A DNA stretch of 53,849 nt, counting the filler, from Bipalium vagum (Eukaryota), in the NCBI GenBank assembly GCA_037834085.1. It is 3 parts of 3 records of this genome, joined end to end, with 100 filler letters (N's around TTAATTAATTAA, not from the genome) between each part and the next. Parts side by side here need not be neighbours in the genome. Positions count along the whole stretch, not along the records: positions 21,107 to 37,789 come from JBBMKC010098274.1; 2 more parts are not named here. One strand, written 5' to 3'. Under the pieces are notes generated by a model. It did no database searches. It saw nothing but the letters and a program-made list of their open reading frames with translations, and was not told where the DNA came from. The position numbers and the translations under genes were made by a program. Positions 22,921 through 35,829 of this stretch are shown one piece after another (position 1 is the first letter of the stretch; every line of letters starts with the position of its first letter).

Positions 22921-25102
22921 CAAAAGTAATTTGAGATAACAAAGCAAATCGTCAATGAACTGTTAAAGAACTCATAGCTAATAATCTAGGGTTGCCAATC
23001 ATTTCTAGAAAGTGGATGAATGACGTATTAATTAAAGGAGATAATGGATCTATCAACAAGATGGACACCGTTTCATACTGCAAAAATCACAATGAAATGT
23101 TTTAATAAAAATAAAATTACTCTTTTACCTTGGGCTGCATCATCGCCTGAAATGAATTCCATGGAGAATATGTGGTTCATTCTAAAGAAAAAGGTCTTTA
23201 ATCGCAATCCTACAACAAACAACAAATTAATAACTTCTGTTCTCAAAATTTGGGAAACAGATCCTGAAATTGGTGAGTTTTGTAAACAGTTGATCGATAG
23301 TATGCCCATCAAATAAAATCTTCAATGAATGCTAAAGGTCAACATACTTCTTATTAACATTATGAAATGCATTACACATTTATCTGCTTGTGGTTTGTAA
23401 ATAATGTTGATTTTATTTGTAAATGTAATAAAATGATTCAAAATTATGGTGTCCCGATTAATTCCGCCTCTACTATATTTGATACTCAACAAATTTCGTT
23501 TGTTCTTTCTATTACACAATATGTTAAAATAAATAAAGAATAAATAATTATAATTAATTATAATTAAAAAGGACCAAAAAGTTTTTCATTCAACACAAAT
23601 CTGGATATCCAAGATTAATTAGTAGAAAGTTATTTAATTGACTTAAATTCTTTTATATAATTTATATTAATAAAAAATTAAATATTAAATAAAAAAATTT
23701 TTAGTCTTATGTAAAAATTAATAGTTGATTAAAAAATAAAATTATCATAATTAATTATCAAATAAATATAAATAAATAATTTTTTTCAAAAAATGTTCAT
23801 CGAAACTTGAATTTTTGATGAAATAAAAATTTAAAAACTTTCATTTTTTTCTGAAAAATAAGAACAGTTTTTTCCATCCAACATACATATATATAAATGC
23901 TTATTATATTACTATTTCTCGATTAAAAGACTGATTATTAATATTATAATATAAATATCAAGTAAATTGATCAAATTCAACGATATCTCAATAATTCATT
24001 TAACGAATAATCAACCAATGATATTGTTACTCATGTCTTCCATTAGGCCTCATTGTCTTTGCTATTTTCATTTTTAATCCAACCATTTAGTATTGCTTTT
24101 AGGTAGGATTTTTCTTTTTTCTCAATTATTATTATTATTTATGAAAAGTTTATCTTTTTAATAATAATGCTTTACTTTCGTAAATAAAACAGTTTTTATT
24201 CATCAATTATCCCCGTTAAAATTAATCTCTTTTATTAATGTTATTTATTTTATTTTATTTATTATTTCTTTTTCAAGAATGTATTTACTTAAATTTCATT
24301 ATCTAAAAGGCTTTTTTTCAAATAAAACAAATATAATATAAATAAATAAAAATAACTTTTAAATGAAACTGTTATTGACTTTAAGATCGCTGTTTTAGTG
24401 TTTTATCTTTTTGTTTTTTTAATTTATTTATTTTATATTTTTTTTCTATTAAATCAGTTAATCACTGATGATGACATATTAATAACCGTTAATAATAAAT
24501 AATAAATTGATATTTTAATGATAGAATTGATTGAAGTAATCAGAGAATTTCTTAAGTCTTTTAGATGTAAATTGAATTAATAAATTAAAATCATTTTCAA
24601 TATTTTTTCAAAATATTTCAAATAATATTCTGATCCTCTTTAATACACTCTCAATTTTAAAAATTTTAAAAATCTAACAGAAATTCAAAATTTAACAATT
24701 TTTCTGTACTCATTAAAACAAAATATAAATAAATATTAACTTATATTTTGTATGTTGATGGATATATTCCAAAGGAATTCTCTTTAATAAAACTAAGAAT
24801 AAAAATATATTATGACTAAAAGGGTCATAAATGAGACGATTGATTAAAAAGATTTTACATGAAATGAAATTTGAATAGATGTATCGTTTTAAACAAGTAT
24901 CGCTTTTATAGTAATAATAATCTATAAATTTTAGGGCTATTTCTGAAAGTTTTGTAAAATTTTATAATATTTTTTCTTTTGGACTGTTAGACTTCAACTT
25001 TTATCAGTTCTGAGTGCGTACCACATTTAATTTCAAATCAAATAACCGTAACAACATGATTGATATGATATGATTTATGGAACATGAAAATTTTTTTTAT
25101 TA

Positions 25103-25510
25103 CAGTGCAACTTTTATTTTGGACAAATTTCTAAAATGGATCACTTCTACAATGGGACCAAACTCCATATTTGGACCAATAATTTGTACTTATCATATTT
25201 CTCCATATTTTCATATAAGAAATAAAATTCTTGGTCCAAAAATTTCAATAATTTGTTTTAATAATATTTTTGGTATACAACATTTTTAAAATCAAAAATT
25301 ACTAAAATTACGGATTATTTAATTCAAAAACGTTGAAATATATCATTATTTATTGGACTTATTGTTGTTTTTTTAATTTCCATTATTACATCCATATAAG
25401 TTCATATAAAACATGTTTTATAGCCTTTTTATGTCTTAACTTCTAATATTGGACCAACTTCTATTTTTGAACCAATTTTGAGATTTTGTGGTCCAAAAGA
25501 AGTTGCACTG
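25103..25510. mobile_element. 408-bp MITE of pogo/Tc1 type
   Basis: TA-CAGTGCAACTT ... AAGTTGCACTG-TA, with internal (T)GGACCAA/TTGGTCC repeats and no coding capacity. Confidence 0.85.
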
Positions 25511-26204
25511 TATTAAATTTATTGTTTGCTTTTTTAAATATTCAATTGAATAACATATTTTATCTGAGTAAAATTTAAAAAATGTAAAAGAAAATATATA
25601 AAACTCATTTTGGTTTTTCAAATAAAAAAAGAATTCCGTTATCGATTGAAGCATTATTGACATTTTTCATAACGAAAAATAATAAAAAATTTTCATATTT
25701 TTTAATAACTTAATAAATATTTTTAACAAAATGTACATTAATAGAATTTTAAAATTTTATACAAAATCAATAAAAAAACAAAGGATAAGTGAAATTAATA
25801 AAATTTCAAAGAAATTGATATTATATTTAAAATTATTCTTCTTTAAAAAAATTTATTGTTTTAATTATGGACTGAGAAACAAGAAAATATAAATAAATAA
25901 ATATTTAATCAATTGAAAATGATTGTGAAATGGTATCGAAAAATTTCTAATATTCTTTTCTTTCAGGGGGAAATGTCAAATTTAAAAATAAACATTATTT
26001 TCACAGACAATATTTAATTGAGCTACAATAACATGGAAGCCAAATTCGATTATTTATTAAATGCATAATAAAAAATATTAATATAAAAAATAGAGAAATA
26101 AAAATCTTTTCCTTTTAATCTTTTGCACATCATTTCTCATTTCTCCCCATGCTATTCCTCACCGTTCATTTTGTCATTTAGATTTTTGTGTGGGATTATA
26201 TTTA

Positions 26205-26468
26205 ATGAAATCCGAAGTTTCCTATCATTACAACAATAGCAGCAACTTCAGCAAATTTCACCTGTTTCTTGTCCAGCCTCCCAAACGATATTGGCTTTTT
26301 ATCCTGCTCCTATTTCCAGTATTGACAATCTTTGGTAACTTGTTGGTGGTAATAAGTGTAACTCGAGAACGAAGTCTAAGAAATGCTACTAATTATTTCA
26401 TCGTAAGTTTAGCTGTCGCCGACATTAGTTTAGCAATCATGGTCATGCCTTTATCTGTTTGGGTAGAG
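26205..26468 (+). CDS. DRD2: First coding exon (N-terminus, TM1, TM2) of an aminergic class A GPCR, D2-like dopamine receptor; partial gene
   Basis: Reads [16 protein letters not shown]...[60 protein letters not shown], then a GT donor at 26469. A phase-0 intron right after TM2 is typical of D2-type receptor genes. No downstream exons were found. Confidence 0.8.
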
Positions 26469-26615
26469 GTTTGTTTTAATTTTCATTTATTTCTCAGAAC
26501 TAATTACAATTAAACTGAAAAGAAACAAATCTATTTTCTAATTAAAAAAAATTAATTCCAGTGATAAGTTTGATTTAGTCGGTAAAATCTTTTAAAATAA
26601 TAAATACTTATTTTA

Positions 26616-27310
26616 TATTGGGCGTGTAAAAAGTAACAGATTTTTAAAAGGATGCATAAAATTATTTTTACATTTCTTCCAACCAATTTATTTTATATAA
26701 AGATAGGATTTGTGAAATCTAATGCAAGCGTTTAATTGCTTTGATAGGTTAATTTGAATGTCGTCAAGAAGGAGTCGAATTTGTAATCCTGGTGACTCAG
26801 ATGAATTCAGAATATCGGTAAGATGATATTTAAGAAAGTTGAAATGGACAACCGTGGATAAATTTGTCGTAAATTAATTGTTCAAAAGCATAGAGTTCCT
26901 GCTCATTACTTGCTTGAAGTTAGATTTTACTGACCAGCACATTTTACGAAGGTGGATCCGGGCAGCAGGACAACTCCATTGGACTACAAGATCAGCATAT
27001 CTTTCTCCAGTTGATTTATTTCTTAAGGTATATCTAAAGACAAAGTATTTTATAAGAACATCAAAGAAATTAAAAGATCTGACAGATGCAATCCAAAAAG
27101 AGGTAGATAAAATATTATCAATATTATCAATAAAAATGATAAAATCTGTTTTAATGTCAATTACAACGTTGTATTAGTGAGAACGGATTTTCTATTGAAA
27201 AATGATTAGTTTTAATAAGTGTACTTCATTGTATTATAAATTTACAATGTAATCTTAAGTAAATTTCACAATGTTACATTTTAAAATATCTTACTTTTTT
27301 CACAGTCTAT
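26616..27310 (+). mobile_element. Deleted Tc1/mariner-superfamily element (DD41D/rosa-like), same family as 34339-35576
   Basis: WTTRSAYLSPVDLFLKVYLK is a decayed WPPRSPDLTPLDFFLWGYLK motif. It shares AAAGAAATTAAAAGATCT.ACAGATGCAATCCAA with the copy near 35330. Confidence 0.7.
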
Positions 27311-27611
27311 TTCTATGGAGTCTAGTTTAAATGAAAGCCTTTGATTAGTATTTATGTAATTTTATATATTATATATGATATTATTAATGAAAATTTTCGA
27401 AAAAAAAATTATTCAATTTGTATCGCTTAATTAATTTAATTTGTGAAATATCTCAATAAATCAAAAAATAAGTTAAATTGAATAGTTACAAGTTTTTCTC
27501 GGAACATAAATAAGACCAGATAACATACTCTTTGGATTTAGATCCACTAGACTCAACCTATCAATGAAAGAAATGTTATTTTCTAAAAGTATGGTACAAT
27601 GCAAGCATAAA

Positions 27612-28140
27612 TATTACGGTGAACCAAACGTTCGGTCGATTTTTTTACACTATATAAAGTGATATTTAAGGCGGATATATTTTATTGATTTCCAAATGTA
27701 ATATATGATATTATAGATTTTTAAATTAGCTTTCATATAAACTGTATTATACATATTAAAGCGTTGTTTTAATAATTTCTTTTTATTTCTTAGCAATAGA
27801 GAAAAGTTTGAAATTACAGTTTTTTTGTGTTAATACCTGAAACAGCACTTAAATGCAAAGGAAGCGGCCACAAGAATATGTGACATTGAAGGGAAGGATA
27901 TTTTTGCCATTCGCACATCACAAAACTGGTTCAAAAAATCTAATAAGAGTCACACCAAACTTCATGATGAACCAAGTTCCAGTCGATCTAAAACCGTGGA
28001 AGTGAAGAAATTGATAATAATCCAATAACCAACAGTCGTATGTTGTCACATGAATTAGATATCCCTCAATCATTCATTGTTCGACATCTCAATGAACTTG
28101 GGAAAGTCAGCCAAATGTGTCGAGGTTTGCTCTAAAAATG
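27612..28140 (+). mobile_element. mariner 5' remnant
   Basis: TIR-like TATTACGGTGAACCAAAC, followed by an HTH fragment NAKEAATRICDIEG...QNWFKK...DEP.S.R. Confidence 0.7.
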
Positions 28141-29516
28141 CACAAATTTGATTATTTATTATGTAAACCATTATTTTATAAACCATTGTGTTTAAGTAAA
28201 GACAGACAAAATTATATAAATAAATAAAACAGCATCCTCTTAAATCAAGGATCAATATAATCGACAGGCTTAGAAAAAACCTTTTTAGTTGTCATATTTA
28301 TTAAAGAAGCAGACACAATATCGAACTTACTACGCAAAGAGAAATACTTATATTAAAAAATGAAAAAAGGAAGTCAAATATTGCCGATTGAAGAATAGTG
28401 TGAGTATGGAGACATTCTCCAGTGGTATTATATGATGAAGAATTTCAATCTCCTTAGAAATTGTTACAATTTATAGGAAAGAGAAGTATTAACAAAAACC
28501 ATCCAACAGACAAGATCAAAACCTTCAAAGACAACTAAAGAGAAACAGGCCTGTAATTCAGCGCCATGTAAGGATTTGAAAACAAAATAATATTAATAAG
28601 AAAAATAATATTAAGTGTCTGCTTTGTGTTTTAAAACAAAAAAAGTCGTAACCAATCAATAAATTTATTTTTAATTTTAGATATAACATAAAACAGAGTT
28701 TCTCATTGAGGTTCTAAAATAAATATCGCTTCCTTTAAGGAACATGGCAATAAAAAATAATAAAATAAAATAAATAAAACTTTACATATTCCTCAGAAAT
28801 TCATACAAATATCAGTTTTTTTTAAAAATAAAATTTTGTACAGAAATTTAATTAATTTTTATGTATAATTAATTGTTTTAATAAGCAACTTGTTTTGTAG
28901 ACAATGTGGATTGCAATTATCAATTTTGTTTGCATGAATTTATTTATTAATAATTACCGAGTAATTTTATAAAATATTCTGTCAGGTATTTTACGAATTT
29001 TAATTTCACTTTCATACTTTGATGGAACGGAGACAAATTTTTTAACCATTTAAAACAAGCAGAAAAAATTAATTTTTTTAGAAAGATCTTGTTAAGATTC
29101 TGACGAGAATGAATAATTAATAAAATGAGTAGAATTAATAATTTTACGTTTTGTAAATTTTTTGTTTAAAATAATGTTATAAAAGTTTAAGCCATGAATT
29201 TACACAAAACAAATCAATACTCAAAAGTTGGAGTACTGAAAAAGAAAATAAAAACAATCAAGTATTGATTTTCGTACAAGTATGATACATATAAATTGTA
29301 CTAGTGTTGTTTAACACAGTGTAAAGAAATTTAAATAAATATATTTTAACTGTTTTAAACAAAATTTTTTAGAATAAATTTAATTTATTGATTTTTTTAT
29401 TAACTATTTATTTTATTAATTGATTTCTATTTTGTTTATACTCGGACAACACCGTATGGAAAGGGGGTATGAGTTTCTCGGTTCATATATCGAAAAATAA
29501 ATTCTAATTATATATA

Positions 29517-30312
29517 CAGGGTCTTCCTAAGAAACCTTTACTACTTTAAGTCGCTATTTCTCGGTTCATAAAAATTAAAAAGCTTCGTAATTTTATTTAT
29601 ACCTTTATTTAAACACAGATATTACAAAAAATTATATTTTTAAATATGATGTCATTAAAATGACCGCCTCTGGCAGCCTTACAAGTTTGGGCTATTTTAA
29701 TGGAATTTTGCATAACTTTTTGGCATAAGTTAATTTAGATCATAGCAATTTGTTTCGAAATGTTGTCTTTGAGTTGTGTAATAGTTTTCGGTTGATTAAT
29801 ATAAACTTTATCTTTTAGATATCCTCATAAGAAATAGTCTGGAGCCGTCAAATCGGGATATCTTGGAGGCCAATCAACATCACCGAAACGTGAGATCACA
29901 CCAGATGGAAAAGTTTCGTATAATAATGCAATTGTTTTCCTATTTGTATGCGATGTGGCACCATCTTGCTGAAAGTAAATATTCTCCACATTAAAATCAT
30001 TCAGATAAGGCTTAAGGAATGTTTCTATCATGTGTCGATATCTCTCTCCCGTTACTGTAACTGTTTTATCTGCAGCATTTTCGAAAAAGTATGAATCAAT
30101 TACATTTGCATTTAATTTTTTAACGATTACTGAAATTGAACTACCGCTTTGATAAAATATTTTGACAATTTCTGCCCGTTGTTGCATATTATAACGATCC
30201 ATATTTAATTTTCAAATGTTTAGCTAGAATAATGTTAAATATTAATTTATTCAAACAAAAACTATTAGTATTTAATGTGTTAAAAGTAGTAAAACCACTT
30301 TTGGAAGATCTG
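29517..30312 (-). mobile_element. DD41D (rosa-like) Tc1/mariner element, internally deleted, both TIRs present
   Basis: ORF 29825..30202(-) has FQQDGATSHT...WPPRYPDLTAPDYFL, with 41 residues between the two Asp. TIRs CAGGGTCTTCCTAAG..TTTACTACTTT and AAAGTAGTAAA..TTTTGGAAGATCTG are flanked by TA. Confidence 0.88.
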
Positions 30313-30419
30313 TATTATTTTGATTTTTATTATTTTTCCGGGTACATTTTGATTCATTGATAACCGTCTAATGATATTATTTACGATACTCTCTTTAAAA
30401 GCATACTGGGAAGTTGAAT

Positions 30420-31200
30420 TTCCTTGCGTCATTCGTCTTATGCTTCTGAGAAGAACACAAAAGAAGAACTGTATATGTCAGTTGCATGAAGCAAGTGGAA
30501 ATAAACCTCCAGACAAGGCTACTACTTTTAACTGGAACATACAATTATCTTCTATCATTAATAATTATGAGAAGAAGAAGGAAGTGGAAGACAATACAAG
30601 ATTGCCGATGAGAAATTCGGAAATTTTAAAAATTTTGTAACAGATTTAATTAGTGTGAAAAGATACTAATTACCCAGAAAGACATGTCTTAATTTAGGCA
30701 AGAAAATTGTACAGATTATAGTGAAGAGCATTGGAATCACAGAATTATTATAATATGTAAACAATTTGTCCTTCGTAATTTGACAGGCTTTGCCCTTTGA
30801 AATCTGATCCTATCCGATGATCTTGAACAGAATGTTTTGAAGACCAATATAATAGTGGATTGGACACCATTGATTTTTTATGTTCTTTATAGCAATGTGA
30901 GTCTTTTGGATGGGTTTTCCAGAGAAAATTCAACCACAAATGTTTCGTTTAAAGACATCTCATTGAAGATTTATCATACTTAGAGTGTTATCGGATGCAA
31001 AATGTGTAACCAAGAAAAAATTTACTTCGAATATTATCTACTCGAACTACTACTGCGTATTTGTAAGTACTTTAAAAAAGTTATAGGGGTAGCCTAAGAA
31101 TTAAGGTTCTATTATCTGCATGACAACGTTCCATGTCTCAAAAGTGGAAAAATGCATTACAAGAAATCTGATGTTTTAATTTTTAATTTCGCAGTTAACT
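30420..31200 (+). mobile_element. Highly decayed mariner
   Basis: HTH-like fragment (ICQLHEASGNKPPDKATTFNW) and a LHDNVPC fragment near 31115. Confidence 0.55.
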
Positions 31201-31660
31201 TCAAATTATCAATTTGTTGATTCTTTTATGCACTGATGAATTCTTGTTCTAAGAATTGGAATTCTTAGAAATAAGATATTTGGTTTATAGAAGATATCTT
31301 AATGCTTAGTCTACTATTAACGTGTTAAATAATATTGATCTTATACTAATAATCTCAAAGACATTTATGTTTCTCTTAAGATTAATTATACAAACATGTC
31401 AAAAGGACCAAACGTTATTACAAGAAAAACACAACAATGTCTATTACAACACTAATATCAGCTAATAACGAAAACCTTCTTTAAGGAATATGTACTAACA
31501 TTGTTAAAATAATTATATTATTGATTTTTCTTTTTTATTTAATAATTATTTTAAGTCCTATGAGATAAAAGCACGCAAACTAAAAGTTCAAATAATAAAA
31601 ATATTGCAAAAAATTTTGGTCCAAATTATTAAATTTTTAAAAATTTTTTGTGATCAATAT

Positions 31661-32934
31661 TATTAAGTTGGTCAGAAAAAATGTCAACTTAACATTCAAC
31701 TTTAAATTCAAAAAAATTAAATTCAAATAAACCTAATTGACTAAAACAATATAAATAATAATATATCAAATAATTGTATTTCAATAAAAGTTTTAGATTT
31801 GTTTAAATATTACAACTTTTTAGAGAAAAATTCAAATATTGATAAAGTACACTTAACAGCGATTAATAATTATGAATTCAAAAAAATGTTAGGGTTTGAG
31901 AAACCAATTAAAATATTCATAGTGATACGACGAGGGAGGCGTTAATGAGCTTACCATTTTTCGGTGGTTTCAACACTTTTGACATGGATATGAGAGCCTT
32001 GTTTATGAATAAAATCACAGATATCATGTTTCATTTCATTTAATTTGTTAATTATCTTTAACACTTAGAAATTGAGGCATCACACATCACCTCCACGTTA
32101 GTCACTTAACTGTTCTGAATCCCCTAAATCAACGGGTCAAAGTAAGAAAGCTGGACAAATGGATACAAATGATTTAAACGAAAAACAAAAAAATCGTCTT
32201 TTGAAGTGTTGTTGTCAATTCTTTTGCGGAATATTGTGACATGCGACGAAAAATGAAACCCTCATTCGTTAGTCATAACGCCTTCTAAAGTTTTGCCCAA
32301 ACTTAGTGAAAAGATAACTACTTGGTGGTAACCTGGATGTATGATACACCAAAATTATGACTGGGGGTCCAAATAATCACTGCGGACTTTCCAAGAAATC
32401 GACGTGATGCACCAAAAATGTAGATTTTCTTTCTGCTTCAGTTAACAGAATGTTCTCAATTCTTCAAGATAATGATCGTCCAAATTTTGCGCAAATAACG
32501 TTGTAAACATTGCATACAATGGAGCGCAAAAATTTGCCTCATTCTCCATACTCTGTGGATTTTTCGCCCATCGACTATCATTTTTCCGATATCTTAGAAT
32601 CTGCATCAAAGATAAAATCTTCGATAACCAAGGTTATTCCGAAAATGCTTTCAAATAATTTTTTTCAAATTCAGAATAAAATGCGATTTTGATAAAAAAG
32701 CATATCTCCCTTAGGCAAGCGTGTGTAAACTTTAGTGTTGTTATTTTAATAATTATTTAAGTTATTTTGAATTATTATTTTAATAATATATTTAGACATA
32801 AATTACTAACTTTAGTTTTCTTTTGTCTTTTTATTGACCGTCAATTTTTTTGACTTTTGGGGGCCCTAGACATGACTTAATTAATTTTAAAGTTGAATGT
32901 TAAAATCGAACATTATTTTCCGACCAATCTGATA
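31661..32934 (+). mobile_element. Decayed near-full-length mariner with both TIRs
   Basis: TIR pair TATTAAGTTGGTCAGAAAAAATGTCAACTTAACATTCAACTTTAAA and TTTAAAGTTGAATGTTAAAATCGAACATTATTTTCCGACCAATCTGATA. Motifs IVTCDEK, QDNDRP, LPHSPYSVDFSPIDYHF. Confidence 0.82.
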
Positions 32935-33619
32935 TTAATTTTGAATGAATATGAATAATAATTTTTTTATCCTTAACATAATTTTACGATATATCAATCA
33001 ATAATTTGATCCTGAAAAAACTGCAAGATCTCGTTCACTGCCGACATTTTCTTCTATGGTTGACTATCAAAATTCTTATGTGGTTAAATTAATAATAAAT
33101 ACCACTAAATCCATATTTCTCATTTTCATTTACGAGGATAAAACAAATCAAAGTTTATTAATTTAGTCTAATTTGGTCATGATTGGTCGTAATTGATTTA
33201 TTTAATATAATGTCGGGAATTAAAATCAGATAAAAATAATTTTCTCAGACCTACTTTAACTGATTAAGCGCTAAAAAGAAGCCAATGTTGTATATTGAAG
33301 GAAAAATATTTTTTATTTATATTTTTGTCTTTAATAATTTTATCTGATTATTAATTGAATCATAGTGCTGTTATGTTATTTTTTAAAAACTTATTATTTT
33401 TAATATTGACAATACTGTTACTATACTATAATAAATTATTAATAATAATTTAATGTTATTATGTGGTATTTCAGAAAAACCTTGTTTTTTATAGTCTTAT
33501 TTTGTTCATCAACGATTCTTCAGATGTAAATGTATTATAATATATGAAACAAATTTGTTTTTATTAAATCAATTGCTGAAGTATGTTTTGATATTAATAT
33601 CATAGGAAGAAATATAAAT

Positions 33620-33960
33620 ACAAATATGAACGCAACATGAGAGAATTTAAAATTTCTCATCGTTGTTTTAACTATGGCTATGGACAAACCAAGAGTTTAA
33701 AATCAAAAAATTGTGCAGTAATACAGAAGAAACCAGCTTCAAGAAGCTTCGGTAATTTCAGTTTCAGGAAGACCAAATGAACAAATGAATAATTAACAGA
33801 TGAACAAGGTGAAATATTTTCTTGGTGAAGACTGCAATTTGTCCATTAGATCAATCACTGTTTCCACGGATATCAACTATAGTTCAGTTTATCTAATCAT
33901 AGCTCAAAAATAAGAGCTAAGTGTCTATCTTCACGTTCATTGGCATTATGATGTTATTTA
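33620..33960 (+). mobile_element. mariner 5' remnant
   Basis: MNAT*ENLKF...NYGYGQT...CAV is an HTH-like start, heavily decayed. Confidence 0.45.
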
Positions 33961-34338
33961 TTGCTTTCATTAAACCACGCGTTCAATTCCTGTAAATTAG
34001 TGGAATAATTTCTACTTGTCATATAAATAGCTTTGTTAACAAGCTAAATTTTTTACTCATTCCAGTTTTATTGCTAATTATAACATAACAACTTATGATC
34101 ATTCATTAATTATTTAATAAGCTATTTAAATGATGCACATACAAAAATATGTATATCTGATTAAATTAGATTAATAAAACAATGAATCCAATAAAAATAA
34201 GTGGGATGTTTATATTGAAAATATATTTTTATGAAAAATTATATCTCGGTAATGTTGCTAAAAATCATAATTATGTAAGACCTAAGTATTTTGATTAACA
34301 TTTAGAATAATTTTAACTTCAATTTATTCTAAAATTAT

Positions 34339-35576
34339 ATATGGTGTATCATTAGTGTCAGATTTTAAAGCGCCAAACATAATATTTTTATTTTATATGA
34401 AAATATGATTTGTGAGATTTTATTTAGGTTTTTAATCGTTTTAATAACCTAATATAATATTTGACATTTAGATACATCAAATTCGTTTTCGGTTAATGCT
34501 GTCAATTGAAGATCAAGAGGAATTCGTAATACTGATGACTCAATAATATCAATAAGAAGACATTTAAAAAAGTTAACATGGAAAAAAATAACAACAAATG
34601 ATAACCTAGATCTTTAAATAATTTAAGAAAATGTCATGCAATATTCTAACTTTTGAAAGACCTTCAATTGGTTAAATATTTTTTAGATTTTTGAAGAGCA
34701 ACATATGATATCTGTAAACATACTGCTGCAGAAATGAAATGCAGTTTAAAAAGAGTTAAGAATTTATTGTGATGTAACCATGAAATGTATCATTATACAA
34801 TTTAAATGCTTCATAAGCTACATGAAGAAGAATATGGGGAAAGAGCAGCAATATGTCAAACGTTAATTAATGAAATTCACAATGATTCAGCTTTACTTGA
34901 AAATCTTATTTGCAGAAAGGAAGCAACTTGTCATAAAAATAGCTTTGTTAACAAGCTAAATTACAGAGTTTTGGAAACTCAAACACTAAGTGATATTATC
35001 GAAAGATGCTATCAAAGTCCATAAGTTACTACTTGGGTAGGTATTTCGGATCCAGTTTCTTTTATGAAAATATTAATAGCTTTAACTATTTAGACATGTT
35101 AAGATTTTATAACATGCCACAACTTTGTCTGAGGAAAAAGAATCAAATTAATTTTCAACAGGATGGAGCTTCTGCTCGTCACCAACTTGAAATTAAGAAA
35201 CTTTTTAACAGCACATTTCACGGAGAGTATATTAGGAAAGTATAAACATTTCACTGAGCTTCGAGATCATCATGTTTTTCGAATGGTTTTTTTAGTATAT
35301 CAACAGACAAAAGTTTATCAAGAATACTAAAGAAATTAAAAGATCTAACAGATGCAATCCAAGAAGACAGTTAAATATCACTATAAATGTAAAAAAATTC
35401 TCTGACTTTATTTTAATCGTCGAATACAACATTGCATTAGTGTTAATCGATTTTCTGTTGAAAAATATTTATTTTTAATAAATATATTTCACTATGGCAA
35501 AAAGTTACAATGTCATCTGAAATATATTTAATAGTATTACATTTTAAAATCTGATACTCACTTTGTACACACTCTG
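34339..35576 (+). mobile_element. Decayed DD41D/rosa-like Tc1/mariner element
   Basis: ORF pieces 34806..35024 and 35006..35245 read EATCHKN..VN..NYR, NYLDML, FQQDGASA. Imperfect TIRs share TCAGATTTTAAA. Confidence 0.78.
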
Positions 35577-35829
35577 GATTTTTGATTTTATTTACTTTTT
35601 CTCTCGTAAAGCTTTAAATTTGTCCTAATATTCACAATTCTGCATTATGAGTTAAAATAATATGAATATATAATAATAATATAATAATAAAAATACAGTA
35701 GGAAAATGAGTTTTCATTTTAATTATTTCTCTTCTAATGAACATGATTGAGAAAAAAAGTTGTCTTTTTATTTATTTATAAAATATTAGAGAAAGTGGTG
35801 TACAGAGAAATATATTTCTTGAAATTAAT

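Larger units (their letters stand above)
21120..23476 (+). mobile_element. Outer Tc1-like element (decayed), interrupted by a mariner insertion
   Basis: An HTH-like piece ending in GRKPTLP lies before 21297. After 22920 the frames read IYQQDG, HTAKIT, LPWAASSPEMNSMENMW...LIDSMP. A TIR-like end lies near 23450-23476. Confidence 0.7.

Noticed and set aside
3783-26468. A dopamine transporter plus dopamine receptor functional cluster
   Set aside because: The SLC6 has Gly, not the Asp required for monoamine binding, in TM1. An artificial scaffold join also separates the two genes.
31232-31275. CTGATGA followed by a hairpin (hammerhead-like)
   Set aside because: It lacks a correctly placed GAAA and stems I and III. 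It is just a short local palindrome.
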